The position numbers and the translations under genes are program-made. From NCBI GenBank assembly GCA_016716265.1, contig JADJWQ010000004.1:75126-139125 (forward strand): a stretch of DNA of 64,000 nt. Reading direction: 5' to 3'. Below, piece after piece: positions 47,852-63,600 of the stretch. The notes beneath the pieces were generated by a model. That model worked only from the letters and a program-made list of their open reading frames with translations. It was not told where the DNA came from and searched no databases. The stretch comes from Planctomycetota bacterium (lineage in GTDB: Bacteria; Planctomycetota; UBA1135; UBA2386). Position 1 is the stretch's first letter; each line of letters begins with the position of its first letter.

Positions 47852-49990
47852 ATGACTTCGAATCGGCACACCCGCGGCCGGCCGATCGGCCTCCTCGCGC
47901 TGCTGGCGCTCGCCGCGTGCGGCGGCGGCGGCGCGCCGATCGACCAGCGCATCGGCGAGGGCCGCATCGTCGCTCAGGTCGGCCCCGGTGGCCGCGTGCT
48001 GCGCGGTGACGGCGGCACCGAGCTCGAGGGCTTCGTGCTCGACATCCCGCCTGGCGCGCTCGACCGGCTGGTCGAGGTTCGCGTCGAGCCGGGCCGCGAC
48101 ATCGACGTGCCGGCCACGACCGCGCAGACGCCGGCCTTCGCGTTGTCGCTCAGGCCCGATCCCGGCGTGCTGCGCGTTCCGGCGCGGCTGCAGGTGTCGT
48201 TCGATCTGCCGGTGTTCCGCAGCCCGGAGGACCTCGTCGTCGTGTCGCGGCTGCCCGTGGATCGGCCGAGCGCGATCAGCTCGGTGGCGAGCGCCGATCG
48301 CTGGACGGTCGCCGCGGATGCCGGCGACTACGATCGCCAGTCGCGCTCGTTCGCCGCCGACGTCGGCTCGCTCAGCGATCTGCAGGTCCGCATCCTCGAT
48401 CGACCGCGGCTCGCGACCGACTCGATCCGTCTCGTCCAGCTCGGCTACGAGAGCTTGTCGCGGCTGACCGACGCGTCGCTCATCGAGGCCGATCTGCTGT
48501 TCGCGGAGGCCCAGCAGGCCGATCCGTTCGCGCCCGCGGCGAACCTGTTCCGGGCGGTGTCGCGGGTGATGGTCGCGCTGAACGATCGCCGCGACGACAG
48601 CGCGGAGCTCGACAGCGTCGGTGAGATCCTGCAGCGCGCCGGCTTCGACGTGCAGAGCCGGTCGCTCGCGGCGCGGCTGCGGAGCGGCGTGTGGCCGTCG
48701 CAGGTCGAGGTGCCGGCCGACGCGCCCGACGACGTCGAGATCCTCGCGTTCCTGCGCACCCGGCTGATCCCTGCGCTCGAGCTGGCGCTCGCCGACCTCG
48801 ACCGCGTGCCGACCACCGCGCAGCTGATCCTGGTGCTGCCGCCGCTCGTCACGGCGCTGCCCGGCGACCGCGAGCTCGACGCCGCGGACGTGCTGTTCCT
48901 GCGCACGTTGCTCGCCGCGGCGATCGCGACGATCGAGCTCGCCAGCGACCTCGACCTCGGCGTCGACGGCTTCGAGCTGACCCGCCGGGGCGCGCCGCGA
49001 ACGTCGCTGCAGGCGCGGCTCGACGTCGAGCCGGACTTCGGTCGGCTGCGCTCCGCGCCGGACGCCCGCACGCTCGAAGCGGTGCGCGCGGCGCTGTTCG
49101 CGTGGATCGAGACCTTCGAGTCGGTCGCGGCCGAGGACGACCCGCAGGGCAACGACCTGCTCGTGCTGCCGAGCTCGTTCGACGCCGAGCGCTTCGACCT
49201 GTGGCGCGCGAACCTGCAGGGTCTCGAGACCGCGCTCGGCGACGGCACCGCGGTGCGCTTCGTTCCCGAGTCCGACGCCGGCAGCCTGCTCGTGCACCCG
49301 CGACCTGCGCTCGAGAACGGGCGCGTCGATCCGCGTGCGCTGCTGCCGGCGCTGTTCCGGTTCGTGCCGCTGGCCGGGACGCTGCCCGACCCGACCGCGG
49401 GTGGGCTGTTCCCCGAGCTCGATCAGGCGCGCGCGACGCAGCTGCTCGGCCTGTTCGACCGCCACACGCCGCCGCGTGCGACGATCGTCGCCGACGGGCT
49501 GCTCGACGACTGGCCGGCGAGCGCCGAGGCGCTGCTGCCGGCCGACCCGGTCGGCGACGCCGGTGGGGACGGCGCGCTGCGCGCCGTCGACGTCGAGCGC
49601 GTGTTCTTCGCCGAGTCCGACGACGAGCTCGCGTTCCGGATCGACGTCGCCGACGGCCCGATCGCGTACCGCTCGTCGCAGGCGTCGATCTACCTGATCC
49701 GGATCCGCGAGGTCGGCGATTCGGGCTTCGAGCATCGCATCGACATCGAGCTGGTCCCGCGCCTCGAGGATGTCGAGGTGCGCGTCGGCCGCGACGGCAC
49801 CGCGCGCACCGTGCGCGCCAGCGCGGCGGTCGGCGGAGGCGCGGTGGAGGTCGTGCTCGACCGCTTCCAGCTCCTCGACCCCGACGAGCCGGTGCTCGAC
49901 CGCTCGGTCCACGTGCGTGCCGAGGCGATCGGCCTGCTCGGCCCGCAGCGCGCGAGCGACGCATCGCGGAGCTTCCTGGTCCGCTTCTGA
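47852..49990 (+). CDS. large lipoprotein, function unknown
   Basis: ATG at 47852. Lipobox 'LLALAACGGGG'. 712 aa with no family I recognise. Confidence 0.65.
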   Translation: MTSNRHTRGRPIGLLALLALAACGGGGAPIDQRIGEGRIVAQVGPGGRVLRGDGGTELEGFVLDIPPGALDRLVEVRVEPGRDIDVPATTAQTPAFALSLRPDPGVLRVPARLQVSFDLPVFRSPEDLVVVSRLPVDRPSAISSVASADRWTVAADAGDYDRQSRSFAADVGSLSDLQVRILDRPRLATDSIRLVQLGYESLSRLTDASLIEADLLFAEAQQADPFAPAANLFRAVSRVMVALNDRRDDSAELDSVGEILQRAGFDVQSRSLAARLRSGVWPSQVEVPADAPDDVEILAFLRTRLIPALELALADLDRVPTTAQLILVLPPLVTALPGDRELDAADVLFLRTLLAAAIATIELASDLDLGVDGFELTRRGAPRTSLQARLDVEPDFGRLRSAPDARTLEAVRAALFAWIETFESVAAEDDPQGNDLLVLPSSFDAERFDLWRANLQGLETALGDGTAVRFVPESDAGSLLVHPRPALENGRVDPRALLPALFRFVPLAGTLPDPTAGGLFPELDQARATQLLGLFDRHTPPRATIVADGLLDDWPASAEALLPADPVGDAGGDGALRAVDVERVFFAESDDELAFRIDVADGPIAYRSSQASIYLIRIREVGDSGFEHRIDIELVPRLEDVEVRVGRDGTARTVRASAAVGGGAVEVVLDRFQLLDPDEPVLDRSVHVRAEAIGLLGPQRASDASRSFLVRF

Positions 49991-50017
49991 CTTCGTTCGA
50001 GGTCCTGCGCCGACGCC

Positions 50018-50554
50018 GTGGCCGCGCTCCGCGATACCTGCTGGTGCCTCGCGTTCGCCGCGCTCGCGGTGACCCCGTGGTGGCTGCGGCCTGCCGACCC
50101 GGCTCTGCATGCGCGGCCCGAGGTCGCCGCGCGGCCGGCGCCGGTGTTGCGCGAGCTGACCGACCTGCGGGTGCCGGCGCGCGACGGCCTGCCCGCGTGG
50201 CGCGCGGCCACCGCGCAGCCCCGGCCGTGGGAGGGTCTCGGTGGCTTCGCGCTCGGCGGGACCCTCGACGCGCTCGAGCTGCGCGACGTGACCGTATCGC
50301 TCGGGACCGACGGCGTGGTGCTCGCTGCGGAGCGCGGCGTCGCGACCCGCGTCGCGCTCGAGCTCGCCGGCGTGCGCGGCCGCGGTCCCGCGGGCGAGCG
50401 CCTGCGTGCCGGCGACTGCGTGCTGCGTGGCGGAATCGCGAGCTTCACCGGCGCGGTCGCCTGGCTCGCGCCGGGCGATGGGGTGCCGGTCGACGTGCAG
50501 CTCGATCAGACGCTCCCGCTCGCGGAGCTCGCGGCGCGGCTGGCCAAGCCATGA
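50018..50554 (+). CDS. hypothetical exported or membrane-anchored protein
   Basis: GTG start, hydrophobic N-terminus (CWCLAFAALAVTPWW). Its stop overlaps the next start (ATGA at 50551-50554). Confidence 0.45.
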   Translation: MAALRDTCWCLAFAALAVTPWWLRPADPALHARPEVAARPAPVLRELTDLRVPARDGLPAWRAATAQPRPWEGLGGFALGGTLDALELRDVTVSLGTDGVVLAAERGVATRVALELAGVRGRGPAGERLRAGDCVLRGGIASFTGAVAWLAPGDGVPVDVQLDQTLPLAELAARLAKP

Positions 50555-51744
50555 GCGGGCGCTGGCTGCGCGACCGGCTCGCACCGGCGCTCGCGGGGCT
50601 CGCGGCCGCGGCGGCGCTGCTCGCGCTCGCCGGTGGCGGGGATCCACTCGCGGCGCTGCGCGCGCTCGACCACGGCGACCTGCTGCTCGGCGATGCGCGG
50701 CTGTTCTTCCTGCCCCAGGGCCGCGCGGTGCTCGCGAGCGCACCGGGCGCGCACCTGCACGTCGCGCAGAGCTACCTGACGCCCGGCGCCGCGCTGGCGT
50801 TCGCGCCGCTCGCGGCGCTGCCGGACGGCGGGATCGCCGTCCTGTGGGTGGCGGTCGGGCTCGCGGTGGTCGCGCTCGCGTCGCTGGCCGCCCGCTTCGC
50901 CGGTTGCCGGGAGCCGCGGTCGCGCGCGGCGATCGCGTTCGCCGTCGGCTGCTCGGCGCCGGTGCTGCACGGCCTCAAGTGGGCGCCGACCAGCACCTGG
51001 GCGCTGCTGGCGCTCGCCGGCGCGGCGCTCGCGCTCGAGGGCGGTCGCGCGCGGCGGGCGGCGCTGCTGGTCGGGGTCGCGATCGTCGCGAAGCCCTGGG
51101 CGGTGCTCGCGATACCGGCGCTGCCCGGGTCCCGCGCCCGGTTGACCGCGCTCGCGACGGCCGCGGCGCTCGGCCTCGCGCTGCCCGCGCTCGTGCTCGG
51201 CCCGACGGCGACCTGGAGCTACTGCGCCGACCTCGTCGCCGACGTCGGAGCGCGGCGCGCGAACTTCGCCGTCGATCCCAACTCGCAGGCGCTCGGCCAC
51301 GTGCTGGCGCGCTACCTGCGCGTGCCCGCCGCGGACCGGCTGGCGTGGTCCGGTGCCCTCGCGCTGCCGGCCGCGCTGCTCGCGATCGGCTGGCTCGCGG
51401 TCCTCGCGCGCCGGCCAGTCGCGCGCCCGCGGGCGGCGACCCTGTGGCCACTGCTCGCGATACCCGCGCTCGTGCCGACCGCCTGGCCGCACGACCTGCA
51501 GGTCGTCGCGCTGCTGCTGCCGGCGGCGTTCGTCGCGCGGCGTGGCCGGGCGGCCCGGAGCGCGCTCGCGGTGGCGTGGGCGGCACAGTCGGTGGGCGCC
51601 GTCTGGCTGGGTGGCCCGCGCTGGTTCGGTGCGCTCGGCCTGCCGCTGGCCGCGGTGGCGATCGTGGCGGCGGTGCGCGTCGCGGCCGCGCGCCGCGATC
51701 ATCCCGCCGCCGGCTCGGCGACGTGCACGAGCGCGTCGCCCTGA
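50551..51744 (+). CDS. polytopic membrane protein, tentatively GT-C / DUF2029 (GT87)-like glycosyltransferase
   Basis: ATG at 50551. About 10 or more TM helices with an Ala/Leu-rich composition and an overall architecture like the DUF2029 family. The assignment is tentative. Confidence 0.6.
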   Translation: MSGRWLRDRLAPALAGLAAAAALLALAGGGDPLAALRALDHGDLLLGDARLFFLPQGRAVLASAPGAHLHVAQSYLTPGAALAFAPLAALPDGGIAVLWVAVGLAVVALASLAARFAGCREPRSRAAIAFAVGCSAPVLHGLKWAPTSTWALLALAGAALALEGGRARRAALLVGVAIVAKPWAVLAIPALPGSRARLTALATAAALGLALPALVLGPTATWSYCADLVADVGARRANFAVDPNSQALGHVLARYLRVPAADRLAWSGALALPAALLAIGWLAVLARRPVARPRAATLWPLLAIPALVPTAWPHDLQVVALLLPAAFVARRGRAARSALAVAWAAQSVGAVWLGGPRWFGALGLPLAAVAIVAAVRVAAARRDHPAAGSATCTSASP

Positions 51745-52670
51745 TGCACGGTCGGGTCGAGCGACAGGCCGATCACGCGGCCGGTCGGGACCGTCACGCG
51801 GATCGGCACCGCGTCGCGCCCGAGCGCGTCCGCGACCTCGCCGATCACCTGGCCGCGCTCGACCCGCGCGCCGAGCGCACACGACAGTCGGGCCAGCCCA
51901 CCGCGCGGCGAGCGCACCCACGCGCTGTGCCGCGCGAACGTCGTCGCGCGCGGGCTGCGGCCGCCGCCGCGCCGCAGCATGCCGAGGTGCGCGAGCACCT
52001 GCAGGCAGCCGCGCACGCCGGCGCGGATCGCGGCCGCGTCGAAGCGCTGCGCCTCGCCGCCCTCGTAGACGAGCACGCGCGTGCCGTGCCGTGCGGCCGC
52101 CGCGCGCAGCGAGCCGTCGGGCTGCCGACCGTGCAGCGTGACCGGCGCGCCGAACGCCTGCGCGCAGGCCCGCGTCGTCGGGTCGTCGAGATCGGCGCGC
52201 ACGTGTGGGAGGTTCGTGCGGTTCCGCGTCCCGGTGTGCAGGTCGATGCCGACGACGCAGCGGGACACGACGTGTTCGACGAACCGCCGCGCGAGCCGCG
52301 AGGCGAGCGCACCGTGCGCCGAGCCCGGGAACGAGCGATTGAGATCGCGGCCGTCGGGCAGGTAGCGCGACCGCTGCAGGAAGCCGAACACGTTGAGGAG
52401 CGGTGCGGCGAGCAGCGTGCCGGCGAGCCGCTCCGGCGTCACCGCGGCGAGCACGCGGCGGACGATGTCGACTCCGTTGAGCTCGTCGCCGTGCACGCAG
52501 GCGCTGACGAACACCGCCGGCCCGGCCCGGCGGCCATGCACGACGCGCAGTGGGATCGTCAATGGCGTGCCGCTCGGCAGCCGGGCGGCCGCGAGCTCGA
52601 CGTCGGCGGTGCTGCCCGGTGCGACGACCGCGTCGGCGATCTCGAACGGCTGGCGGGTGCGCTCAGCCAC
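51699..52670 (-). CDS. succinylglutamate desuccinylase/aspartoacylase (AstE/AspA) family zinc hydrolase
   Basis: '[14 protein letters not shown]' and 'VGIDLHTG' motifs. Its start overlaps the rimK stop. Confidence 0.85.
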   Translation of the reverse strand: MAERTRQPFEIADAVVAPGSTADVELAAARLPSGTPLTIPLRVVHGRRAGPAVFVSACVHGDELNGVDIVRRVLAAVTPERLAGTLLAAPLLNVFGFLQRSRYLPDGRDLNRSFPGSAHGALASRLARRFVEHVVSRCVVGIDLHTGTRNRTNLPHVRADLDDPTTRACAQAFGAPVTLHGRQPDGSLRAAAARHGTRVLVYEGGEAQRFDAAAIRAGVRGCLQVLAHLGMLRRGGGRSPRATTFARHSAWVRSPRGGLARLSCALGARVERGQVIGEVADALGRDAVPIRVTVPTGRVIGLSLDPTVHQGDALVHVAEPAAG

Positions 52671-53568
52671 GGATCCGGTCGCGCGGGTTGCCGGGTCGCG
52701 CGTTCTTCTCGATGAACTCGATGATCTTGCCGGCGACGTCGACGCCCGAGGCGGCCTCGATGCCCTCGAGCCCCGGCGACGAGTTCACCTCGATGACGAC
52801 CGGCCCGTGGTTGCTGCGCAGCATGTCGACGCCGGCCACGCCGAGGCCCAGCGCCTTCGCCGAGCGCACCGCGGTGCTGCGCTCCTCGGGCGTCAGCTTG
52901 ACCGCCTCGGCGGTGCCGCCGCGGTGCAGGTTGGCGCGGAACTCGCCGGGTGCGCTGCGCCGGCGCATCGCGGCGACGACCTTGTCGCCGACGACCAGCG
53001 CCCGCAGGTCCGCGCCGTCCGCTTCGCGGATGAACTCCTGCACGAGGATGTTCGCGTCGAGCCCGCGGAACGCCTCGATCACCGACTCGGCGGCCTTGCG
53101 GTTCTCGCACAGCACGACGCCGATCCCTTGCGTGCCCTCGAGCAGCTTGACCACGAGCGGGGCGCCGCCGACCAGGCCGATCAGCCCGTCGATGTCCTTG
53201 GTCGAATGCGCGAAGCCGGTGACCGGCAGGCCGATGCCCTTCGACGCGAGGATCTGCAGCGAGCGCAGCTTGTCGCGCGAGCGCGAGATCGCCAGCGAGC
53301 TGTTCAACGGGTAGGTCTCGGCGCTCTCGAACTGCCGCACGACGGCGGTCCCGTAGAACGTGTAGCTCGCGCCGATCCGGGGGATGACCGCGTCGAAGCC
53401 GAGCAGCGGCTTGCCGCCGTAGATCACCGCCGGGCGGTGGCTCGCGACGCTGATGTAGCAGCGCAGGTAGTCGATCACGGGCGCCTCGTGGCCGCGCTGC
53501 ACCGCGGCCTCCTTGAGGCGGCGGGTCGAGTACAGGGAGCTCTTGCGGGACAGGATGCCGATCTTCAT
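52663..53568 (-). CDS. rimK: RimK-type ATP-grasp ligase (ribosomal protein S6 glutamate ligase family)
   Basis: ATG at 53568. '[22 protein letters not shown]', '[17 protein letters not shown]', 'NILVQEFI', '[14 protein letters not shown]'. Confidence 0.92.
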   Translation of the reverse strand: MKIGILSRKSSLYSTRRLKEAAVQRGHEAPVIDYLRCYISVASHRPAVIYGGKPLLGFDAVIPRIGASYTFYGTAVVRQFESAETYPLNSSLAISRSRDKLRSLQILASKGIGLPVTGFAHSTKDIDGLIGLVGGAPLVVKLLEGTQGIGVVLCENRKAAESVIEAFRGLDANILVQEFIREADGADLRALVVGDKVVAAMRRRSAPGEFRANLHRGGTAEAVKLTPEERSTAVRSAKALGLGVAGVDMLRSNHGPVVIEVNSSPGLEGIEAASGVDVAGKIIEFIEKNARPGNPRDRIRG

Positions 53569-54083
53569 GGCTGGGGCCGGCCGGAGCTTCGGGTGCGGGT
53601 GCGGCGCCCGGCGAGGAACGACGCGGCGGGGTCGACGAGGAACCGGCCGCGCAGGTCGGCGCGGCCGAGCAGCATGCGGAACCCCATCGCGTCGCGGCGC
53701 GACAGGGTCATCTCGGTGGTCCAGGTGAGGCCGTGCAAGGCGATGTCCATCAGCACGACGAGGCGGAGCTCGCGCAGGCCGTTCGAGCTGGTGATCCAGC
53801 GCTGGCCGACGACCTCGGCCTCGACCGCCACGGCGCCGGCCGCGCTGCGCTGGCGGGGATGGATCTCGAAGCTCGCGAACCGCCGCCCGTGTCGCTCGGC
53901 CACCGCCACGTCGAACGCGTGGAGCGCCGACGAGCGCGCGCCGGTGTCGATCTTCGCCTTGATCGCCGGCACGTCGAGGCCCGGCAGCGCGACCCACTCG
54001 CGCCAGCCGACGAGCGGCAGGTTCGCGCGGGACCGGCCGGTGGCGGCTGGCGGATCGCCGGGCTGTCTCGCGTCGGTCCTCAT
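53565..54083 (-). CDS. retropepsin-like aspartic protease (ATP-dependent zinc protease / DUF785 family) associated with RimK
   Basis: '[32 protein letters not shown]' (contains the DTG motif). Overlaps the rimK start by 4 nt. Confidence 0.85.
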   Translation of the reverse strand: MRTDARQPGDPPAATGRSRANLPLVGWREWVALPGLDVPAIKAKIDTGARSSALHAFDVAVAERHGRRFASFEIHPRQRSAAGAVAVEAEVVGQRWITSSNGLRELRLVVLMDIALHGLTWTTEMTLSRRDAMGFRMLLGRADLRGRFLVDPAASFLAGRRTRTRSSGRPQP

Positions 54084-54167
54084 CCGATGGTTGATCGCGG
54101 GCCGATCCTAGGCTCTTCTCCAGGACACTGCCCTCGTGCTTCGCCGATTCGGAAGGGGCTGCCGTCC

Positions 54168-54476
54168 ATGAACATGCTCGATTCCCGCGCAGTCCGCCTC
54201 GCACTCGCGGGCGCACTGGCGCTGCTCGCCACCGCCTGCTCGTCGACCCGCGAGCTGATGATCAAGTCCGATCCGCCGCAGGCCGCCGCGATCTATGTCA
54301 ACGGAGAGAGCGTCGGCTCGACGCCCCGCAAGGTCGTCGTCTCGTTCGATCCCTACACGCGCGTGTGGATCCAGGTCGTGAACCACGAGACGTTCCGGCT
54401 CTGGGAGAACACCTACGACAAGGACACGTGGCCCGAGGAGGACGAGGTCGTCGTCAGCCTCGGTGGTGCCCGGTGA
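54168..54476 (+). CDS. PEGA-domain-like lipoprotein
   Basis: ATG at 54168. Lipobox 'LLATAC'. '[22 protein letters not shown]' matches the PEGA-type motif. Confidence 0.6.
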   Translation: MNMLDSRAVRLALAGALALLATACSSTRELMIKSDPPQAAAIYVNGESVGSTPRKVVVSFDPYTRVWIQVVNHETFRLWENTYDKDTWPEEDEVVVSLGGAR

Positions 54477-54499
54477 GCTGCTCTGAGGAGGTCCACGCG

Positions 54500-54865
54500 A
54501 TGAACACGCAAACGATCGTCCGCCGCTCGGCGCTCGCCGCCCTGCTCGCCGTCTGCGCCGCCGGCTTCACGTCATGCGGCTCGGTGCCGACCCGCGAGTT
54601 CCGCTTCGAGGTCCGCGACCTGAAGAACGCTCCCGTCGAGGCCTGGATCGACATCGAAGAGTCGCGCTTCGCGCGCGGTGGGCGCGTGCGCATCGAGACC
54701 GACGAGACCGGCCAGGCCGTGCTCCCGCTGGTGTTCCCGGGCGAGGAGACCGAGGAGGTCGGCATCCGGATCGAGCCGAAGAACCTCGACTACTACGTGC
54801 CCGCCCGCCGTGCGCTGCGGCTGACCGACCCGCCGCGCCAGCTCGTGTTCCTCTACGACAAGTGA
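54500..54865 (+). CDS. small lipoprotein, function unknown
   Basis: GAGGAGG lies 8 nt upstream of the ATG at 54500. Lipobox 'AGFTSC'. Confidence 0.55.
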   Translation: MNTQTIVRRSALAALLAVCAAGFTSCGSVPTREFRFEVRDLKNAPVEAWIDIEESRFARGGRVRIETDETGQAVLPLVFPGEETEEVGIRIEPKNLDYYVPARRALRLTDPPRQLVFLYDK

Positions 54866-54867
54866 CG

Positions 54868-58671
<3,804 letters not shown>

Positions 58672-58774
58672 CGGCTCAGCTCGTTCGGGGTCGGGACGTG
58701 CAGCCGCACATCCTGCCGGTTCCCCGCGCGCAGCGGAATCCGCCTTCGCGATTCCCAGCGCCGTCGCGCGCGAC

Positions 58775-60355
58775 TCACGCCGTGGCCGGCTCGGCCTTCT
58801 TGCGGGCCTTGCCGCGGAACCGATTGCGCAGCGCGACGCCGAGCTTGCGCCGCACGTCGACCAGGTAGGTCTCGAGCTTGCGGGTCTCCTTGCCGCGCAG
58901 CGCGTTCCACGCGATCCGGAACGGCCGCAGCGGGTGGAACAGGAAGCTCGTGAGGTAGAAGTTCAACAGCAGCTTGTACTTCCACCGCGTGAGCTGGCCG
59001 GCGCTCAGGTGGTCGCAGTAGTTGTTCTCGGGCAGCAGGCGTTGCTCGTTCGCGAAGATCGGCGTCAGCAGGAAGCGATCCTCGAGGCTCACGCGGCCCC
59101 GCTCGGTCAGCTCCCGGTAGAGCTGCGTGTTCGGGATGGGGAAGAAGAACCCGACCGCGATGTCGTCGATACCGAGCCGGCCGAGCTTGCGGCACATGCG
59201 GGCGGTCTCGCGCAGGTCGTCCGCGGTGTCGTGCGGGAACGCGATGACGATGAAGATCGTGACGTTGAGCTTGTTGCGTACCGAGGCCTTGACCGCGTCC
59301 ATCAGGCTCTCGGTCTTCATGCGCTTCTGGATCAGCTTGCGCGTGCGCTCGCTGCCGCTCTCCGGCGCCAATGCGAGGGAGCGCCCGCCGGTCTCGTAGA
59401 GCAGCCGCGCGACCTCGTCGTCGATGACCTCGCAGCGCGTCCCCGACGGGAATTGCCACGTGACGTTCAGCTGACGCTGCTTCAGCTCGTTGCAGAAGTC
59501 GATGATCCAGTCGCGCTTGAGGATCGCCGTCAGGTCCTGGAACGGGAAGTTGGTCGCCCCGAAGCGCTCCTTGTAGTGCTGCATCTCGTCGACGACGTCC
59601 TTCGGGCTGCGCGCGTACCAGCGCGTCGTCCACATGTTGGGCGACGCACAATAGGTGCATTGGTACGGGCAGCCGCGGGTCGCGAGGATCGGCACCGTCT
59701 GGCCCTGGTCGAGGCCATTGATGAAGCCCTGCTGGTTGTAGACGTCGATGTCGAACAGGTCCCAGGCGGGCCACGCGATCTCGTCGACGTCCTTCTTGCG
59801 GGCGCGCGGCTCGCGGCTCTCGGTCGGGCGGCCGCCGGCGTCGCGATACCAGATGCCCTTGACCTGCGACCAGTCGACCCGGTCGACGCCGATCCGGATG
59901 CCCGAGAACACCTCGACCGCGGCCTCCTCGCCTTCGCCGCGCACCACGAAGTCGATCGGCGCCTGCTGCATCGACAGCTCGGGCAGACCCGAGAAGTGCT
60001 CGCCGCCGCAGACGAGCGGTTTGTCGGGGAAGCGGGCCTTCAGCTTCTGGCAGATCTCGCGGACCAGCGGCCAGGAGAAGGTCCACATGTTGGTCAGGCC
60101 GAACGCCGCGGCGTCGGGGTCGAGCCGCGCGACGATCTCGTCCGGCGTCAGACCGAGTGCGTAGAGCGACTTCTTCTGCTCGCTGCGCGTGACCTGCTCG
60201 GGCGCTTCCGCGACCGCGTCGACGACCGACACCTCGAACCCGGCCTTGCGCAGCGCAGCGGCGATGTAGGCGAGCCCCAGCGGGAGGCTCGGCCTGAGCG
60301 CCGTCATCGCGTGGACGTTCAGGTAGAGCGGCGGGTGGATCAGCTGGACCTTCAT
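58775..60355 (-). CDS. B12-binding-domain radical SAM protein
   Basis: ATG at 60355 (MKVQLIHPPL...LGLAYIAAALRKAGFEV, a B12-binding-like N-domain). Radical SAM cluster motif 'ATRGCPYQCTYCASP'. 526 aa with a basic C-terminal tail. Confidence 0.9.
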   Translation of the reverse strand: MKVQLIHPPLYLNVHAMTALRPSLPLGLAYIAAALRKAGFEVSVVDAVAEAPEQVTRSEQKKSLYALGLTPDEIVARLDPDAAAFGLTNMWTFSWPLVREICQKLKARFPDKPLVCGGEHFSGLPELSMQQAPIDFVVRGEGEEAAVEVFSGIRIGVDRVDWSQVKGIWYRDAGGRPTESREPRARKKDVDEIAWPAWDLFDIDVYNQQGFINGLDQGQTVPILATRGCPYQCTYCASPNMWTTRWYARSPKDVVDEMQHYKERFGATNFPFQDLTAILKRDWIIDFCNELKQRQLNVTWQFPSGTRCEVIDDEVARLLYETGGRSLALAPESGSERTRKLIQKRMKTESLMDAVKASVRNKLNVTIFIVIAFPHDTADDLRETARMCRKLGRLGIDDIAVGFFFPIPNTQLYRELTERGRVSLEDRFLLTPIFANEQRLLPENNYCDHLSAGQLTRWKYKLLLNFYLTSFLFHPLRPFRIAWNALRGKETRKLETYLVDVRRKLGVALRNRFRGKARKKAEPATA

Positions 60356-60609
60356 GGTGCGGGCGGCGAGGTGAGCGGCGGCGGTCCGTCCGGTCGGTCG
60401 GAGCCGCGCGAGTCTACCGGCTGGATCGGCCGGACGGGGGCCCGGATGGTAGGCCGGCGGGGGTTCGCCACCAGGGGCCGCGTCCGACCGCATCGGGGCG
60501 CCGCGCCACGGGATCGGTCGCACCGAAGACTCGGCGTGGACACCCCGGCGCGGGATCGGAAGCTCGCCGTGGACACGCGCGCGACGGCGCGCCACGCTCC
60601 GCGGACGTC

Positions 60610-63600
60610 ATGCACGTCGAACTCCGGACCGCCGCTGCCGCCGAGGCCGAGCGCACCGCGCTCGTCGAGCTGCTCGGCCCGCGCCTCCCGCTGCGGCCCG
60701 CGGCCGCGGTGCCCGAGCCGGGCGCCGTCCTGTGGTGGCACGGCGCACTCGACGCCGGTGGGACCGAACTCGGCGCGCTGCGCGCCCATCTCGAGGCCGG
60801 CGGGCGGGCGCTGTGCACCGGGGACTGCGCCGCGGTGCCGCACGCGCTCGGACTCGAGCCCGACCCACCGACCCCCGCGGGCGCCGACACCGCGGTCGCA
60901 CGGGGCCTGCAGCCGCTGCCCGGCCACCCCCTGTTCCACCGTTTCGCCGGTGGGCTCGATCTCGTGCCGGGCCGCGCGGGTGCGGCGGGCGAGCTGCCGA
61001 TCGCGTCCGGCTGGCCGGTCGCCGGCCGGGTCCTGGCGGTCGAGCGGGCCGGCGGTAGGTGCCTCGCGGCGCGCGCCGCGCTCGTCGAGTACCGGGTGGG
61101 GTCGGCCGGCCGGCTGCTCGCCTGCGATCTGCCGGTGCGCTTCGCGGATGCGGACGATGCGCTCGCCGAGCCGCGCGCGCGGTTCTTCGGCGACCTGTTC
61201 GACTACCTCGCCAGCGACTCGGCTGGCGAGCGCGGACCCGCGCCCTGGCCGCGTCCGGACCGTCCGCTCGGGGCGCGGATGTTCGCGGTCGCGGGCGAGG
61301 AGGCGCCGATGGCGGGCGCCGCCGCCCCCGAGCCCGCGCCGGACGACCCACTCTGGCGCGACGTTCCCGCCGCACGGTCGCACTTCGCGCCGCTCGTCGC
61401 GCCCGACGGCCAGACGCTCGCGGCGACCGCGGACGGCCGGGTCGAGGTCGTCTGGTGTCGCAGCTTCCAGGCCCTGCGCGACCTCGAGGTCGAGCTCGCG
61501 GCCGACGATGCGCCGCTGCGCCCGCTCGCGGAGCTGGTCGCCACCTGCCGGGTCCACCCCGACGCGCTCACGTGGGTGCTGCCGGCGGGTGGGGCGGTCG
61601 GGCTGCGCGCCGCCGACGACGGCGAGGGCTTCTGCCTGCACGTGCGCGCGGGCGCCGCGCAACGGCTGCGCGTCGGGGTGCGCGGTGTCGCGGAGCTGCG
61701 CCCCGCGGCGCCGTATCCAGGCGCGCTGTGCGGGCCGATCGAGGTCGCGACCGGTCGCCACGGCGCCGTGCTGGTCGCGCGGACCGCCGAGCTCGGCGTG
61801 TCGGCGATCGTCGCCGCCGACCTGCGCCCGCAGCGCGCGTCGCTGTGCGAGCTGCCCGGCCGCGCGCCCGGTGCGGCGGTCGGGGTCGGCTTCCGCCGCG
61901 AGTTCCGCGTCGCGGCGGGCGACGAGCTGACCGTCTCGTTCGGTGGCCACGGCGGCTTCGGCGCGGCTCCCGACGGCGCGGAGCGGATCGAAGCCGCCGC
62001 CGATGGCGCGGTGACCGTGCAGGTCGGCGAGCCGGGACTCGACGCGCTGGTCGCGCTCGTGCGCGCGCGACGGGCCACGTTCGCCCGCGCGGCGAGGGTC
62101 GCGGGCGGGCGGCTCGCGAGCCTGGATCCCGCCACCGCCGACCCGCGCTTCGCGACGCGCGACGCGTTGACCGGCGACCTGCTGCTCCTCGGCTGGGGCG
62201 AGCGTCGCAGCGTGCTCACCGACCTGCGGCTGTGCGCCGCGCACCAGGATCCCGACGGCCGGATCCCGGTCGAGATCTCGCCGAGCGGACCGTGCCGGCA
62301 CGGCGCGAGCGACGTCACGGCGCTGTTCGTGACGGTGCTGGGCGCCTGGCACGCGTGGACCGAGGACCGCGCCGGACTCGCGGCGCTGTGGCCCGCGGCG
62401 CGCGCCGCGCTCGGCTGCCTCGAGCGCTTCGACCGCGACGGCGACGGGCTGTGCGAGCGCGGCGACGGCGACGAGTGGCCGGCGCTGCCGGGCGCCCGCG
62501 TCGACGTGCGGAGCGCCGCGCTGCAGTGGCGCGCGTTCGCGGCCGGAGCGGCCCTCGCGGCGCAGCTCGGCGACGACGTCCACCACGCCCGCTGGCAGGC
62601 GCGCGCGGGCCGGCTGCGACAGGTGTTGCGCGAGACGTTCTGGATGCCGGGCGATTCCGGCTACGCCACCGCGCTGCTCGCGGACGGCGCGCTCGACGAG
62701 CGCGCGTCCGCGCTCAGCGCCGTGGCGTGGGCGCTCGGCCTCGGCGAGCACGGCAGCGAGACGGCCGCGCTGCGGCGGTTCGCGACCGCGCCGTGGCAGG
62801 CCGACTGGGGCTCGCGCCTGTGGCCCGGCGACGCGGACGACGGCGGCGCGGTGCCCGCGTTCGCGACGGTGTTCACCACGCTCGCCGACTTCGCGCACGG
62901 TCGTCCGGACGCGGGCTGGGCCCGCTGGCTCGGCTGGGCGCGCGCGATCGAGGCCGGTCGCGGGGCGGTGCCGGGCGTGCTCGCCGAAGCGCTGCGCGGC
63001 ACGGCGCCCACGCCGGAGCCGGGTGTGCCGCGCGACGCGTTCGTCGCGCACGCGGCGTTCGCCAGCGTGCTGACCCACGGTCTGTGCGGCTGGCGCGCGC
63101 TGCCCGACGAGCCGCGCATCGTGTTCGAGCCGGCGCTGCCCGGCGGCGTCGACCGGGTGGCGTGCGAGGAGCTGACGATCGGTCCGCGCCGGCTGTCCGC
63201 CGCGGTCTGGCGCGGGGCGGACGGCGCCGACCTGCATTGCGAGCTGCGGCTCGAAGGGCCGCCCGTCGAGCTCGAGATCGGTCCGTTCGTGCCGGCGCCC
63301 GCGCGCCTCGGCGGGGTGCAGCTCGACGGTGCGCCGCTCGCGGCCGTGCACGTCGACGAGCAGGGCGACGGCGTGCGCGTGCGGGCGCGCGCCACGCTCG
63401 CCGCGGGCGTGCACCGCCTCGACGTCGAGGCGCGCCCCGACCTGCTGGTCGCCACCCCGCCCGCCGGCTGCCGGCTGCTCGCGCGGCGCTGCCCCGAGCC
63501 CGACCTCGTGCAGCTCGACGTCGAGCTGGCGGAGCCGGCCGAGCTGTCGGTGCGGCTGCCGGGCCGGCGGGTCGCAGCGGTCGAGGGCGCCGAGCTCCGC

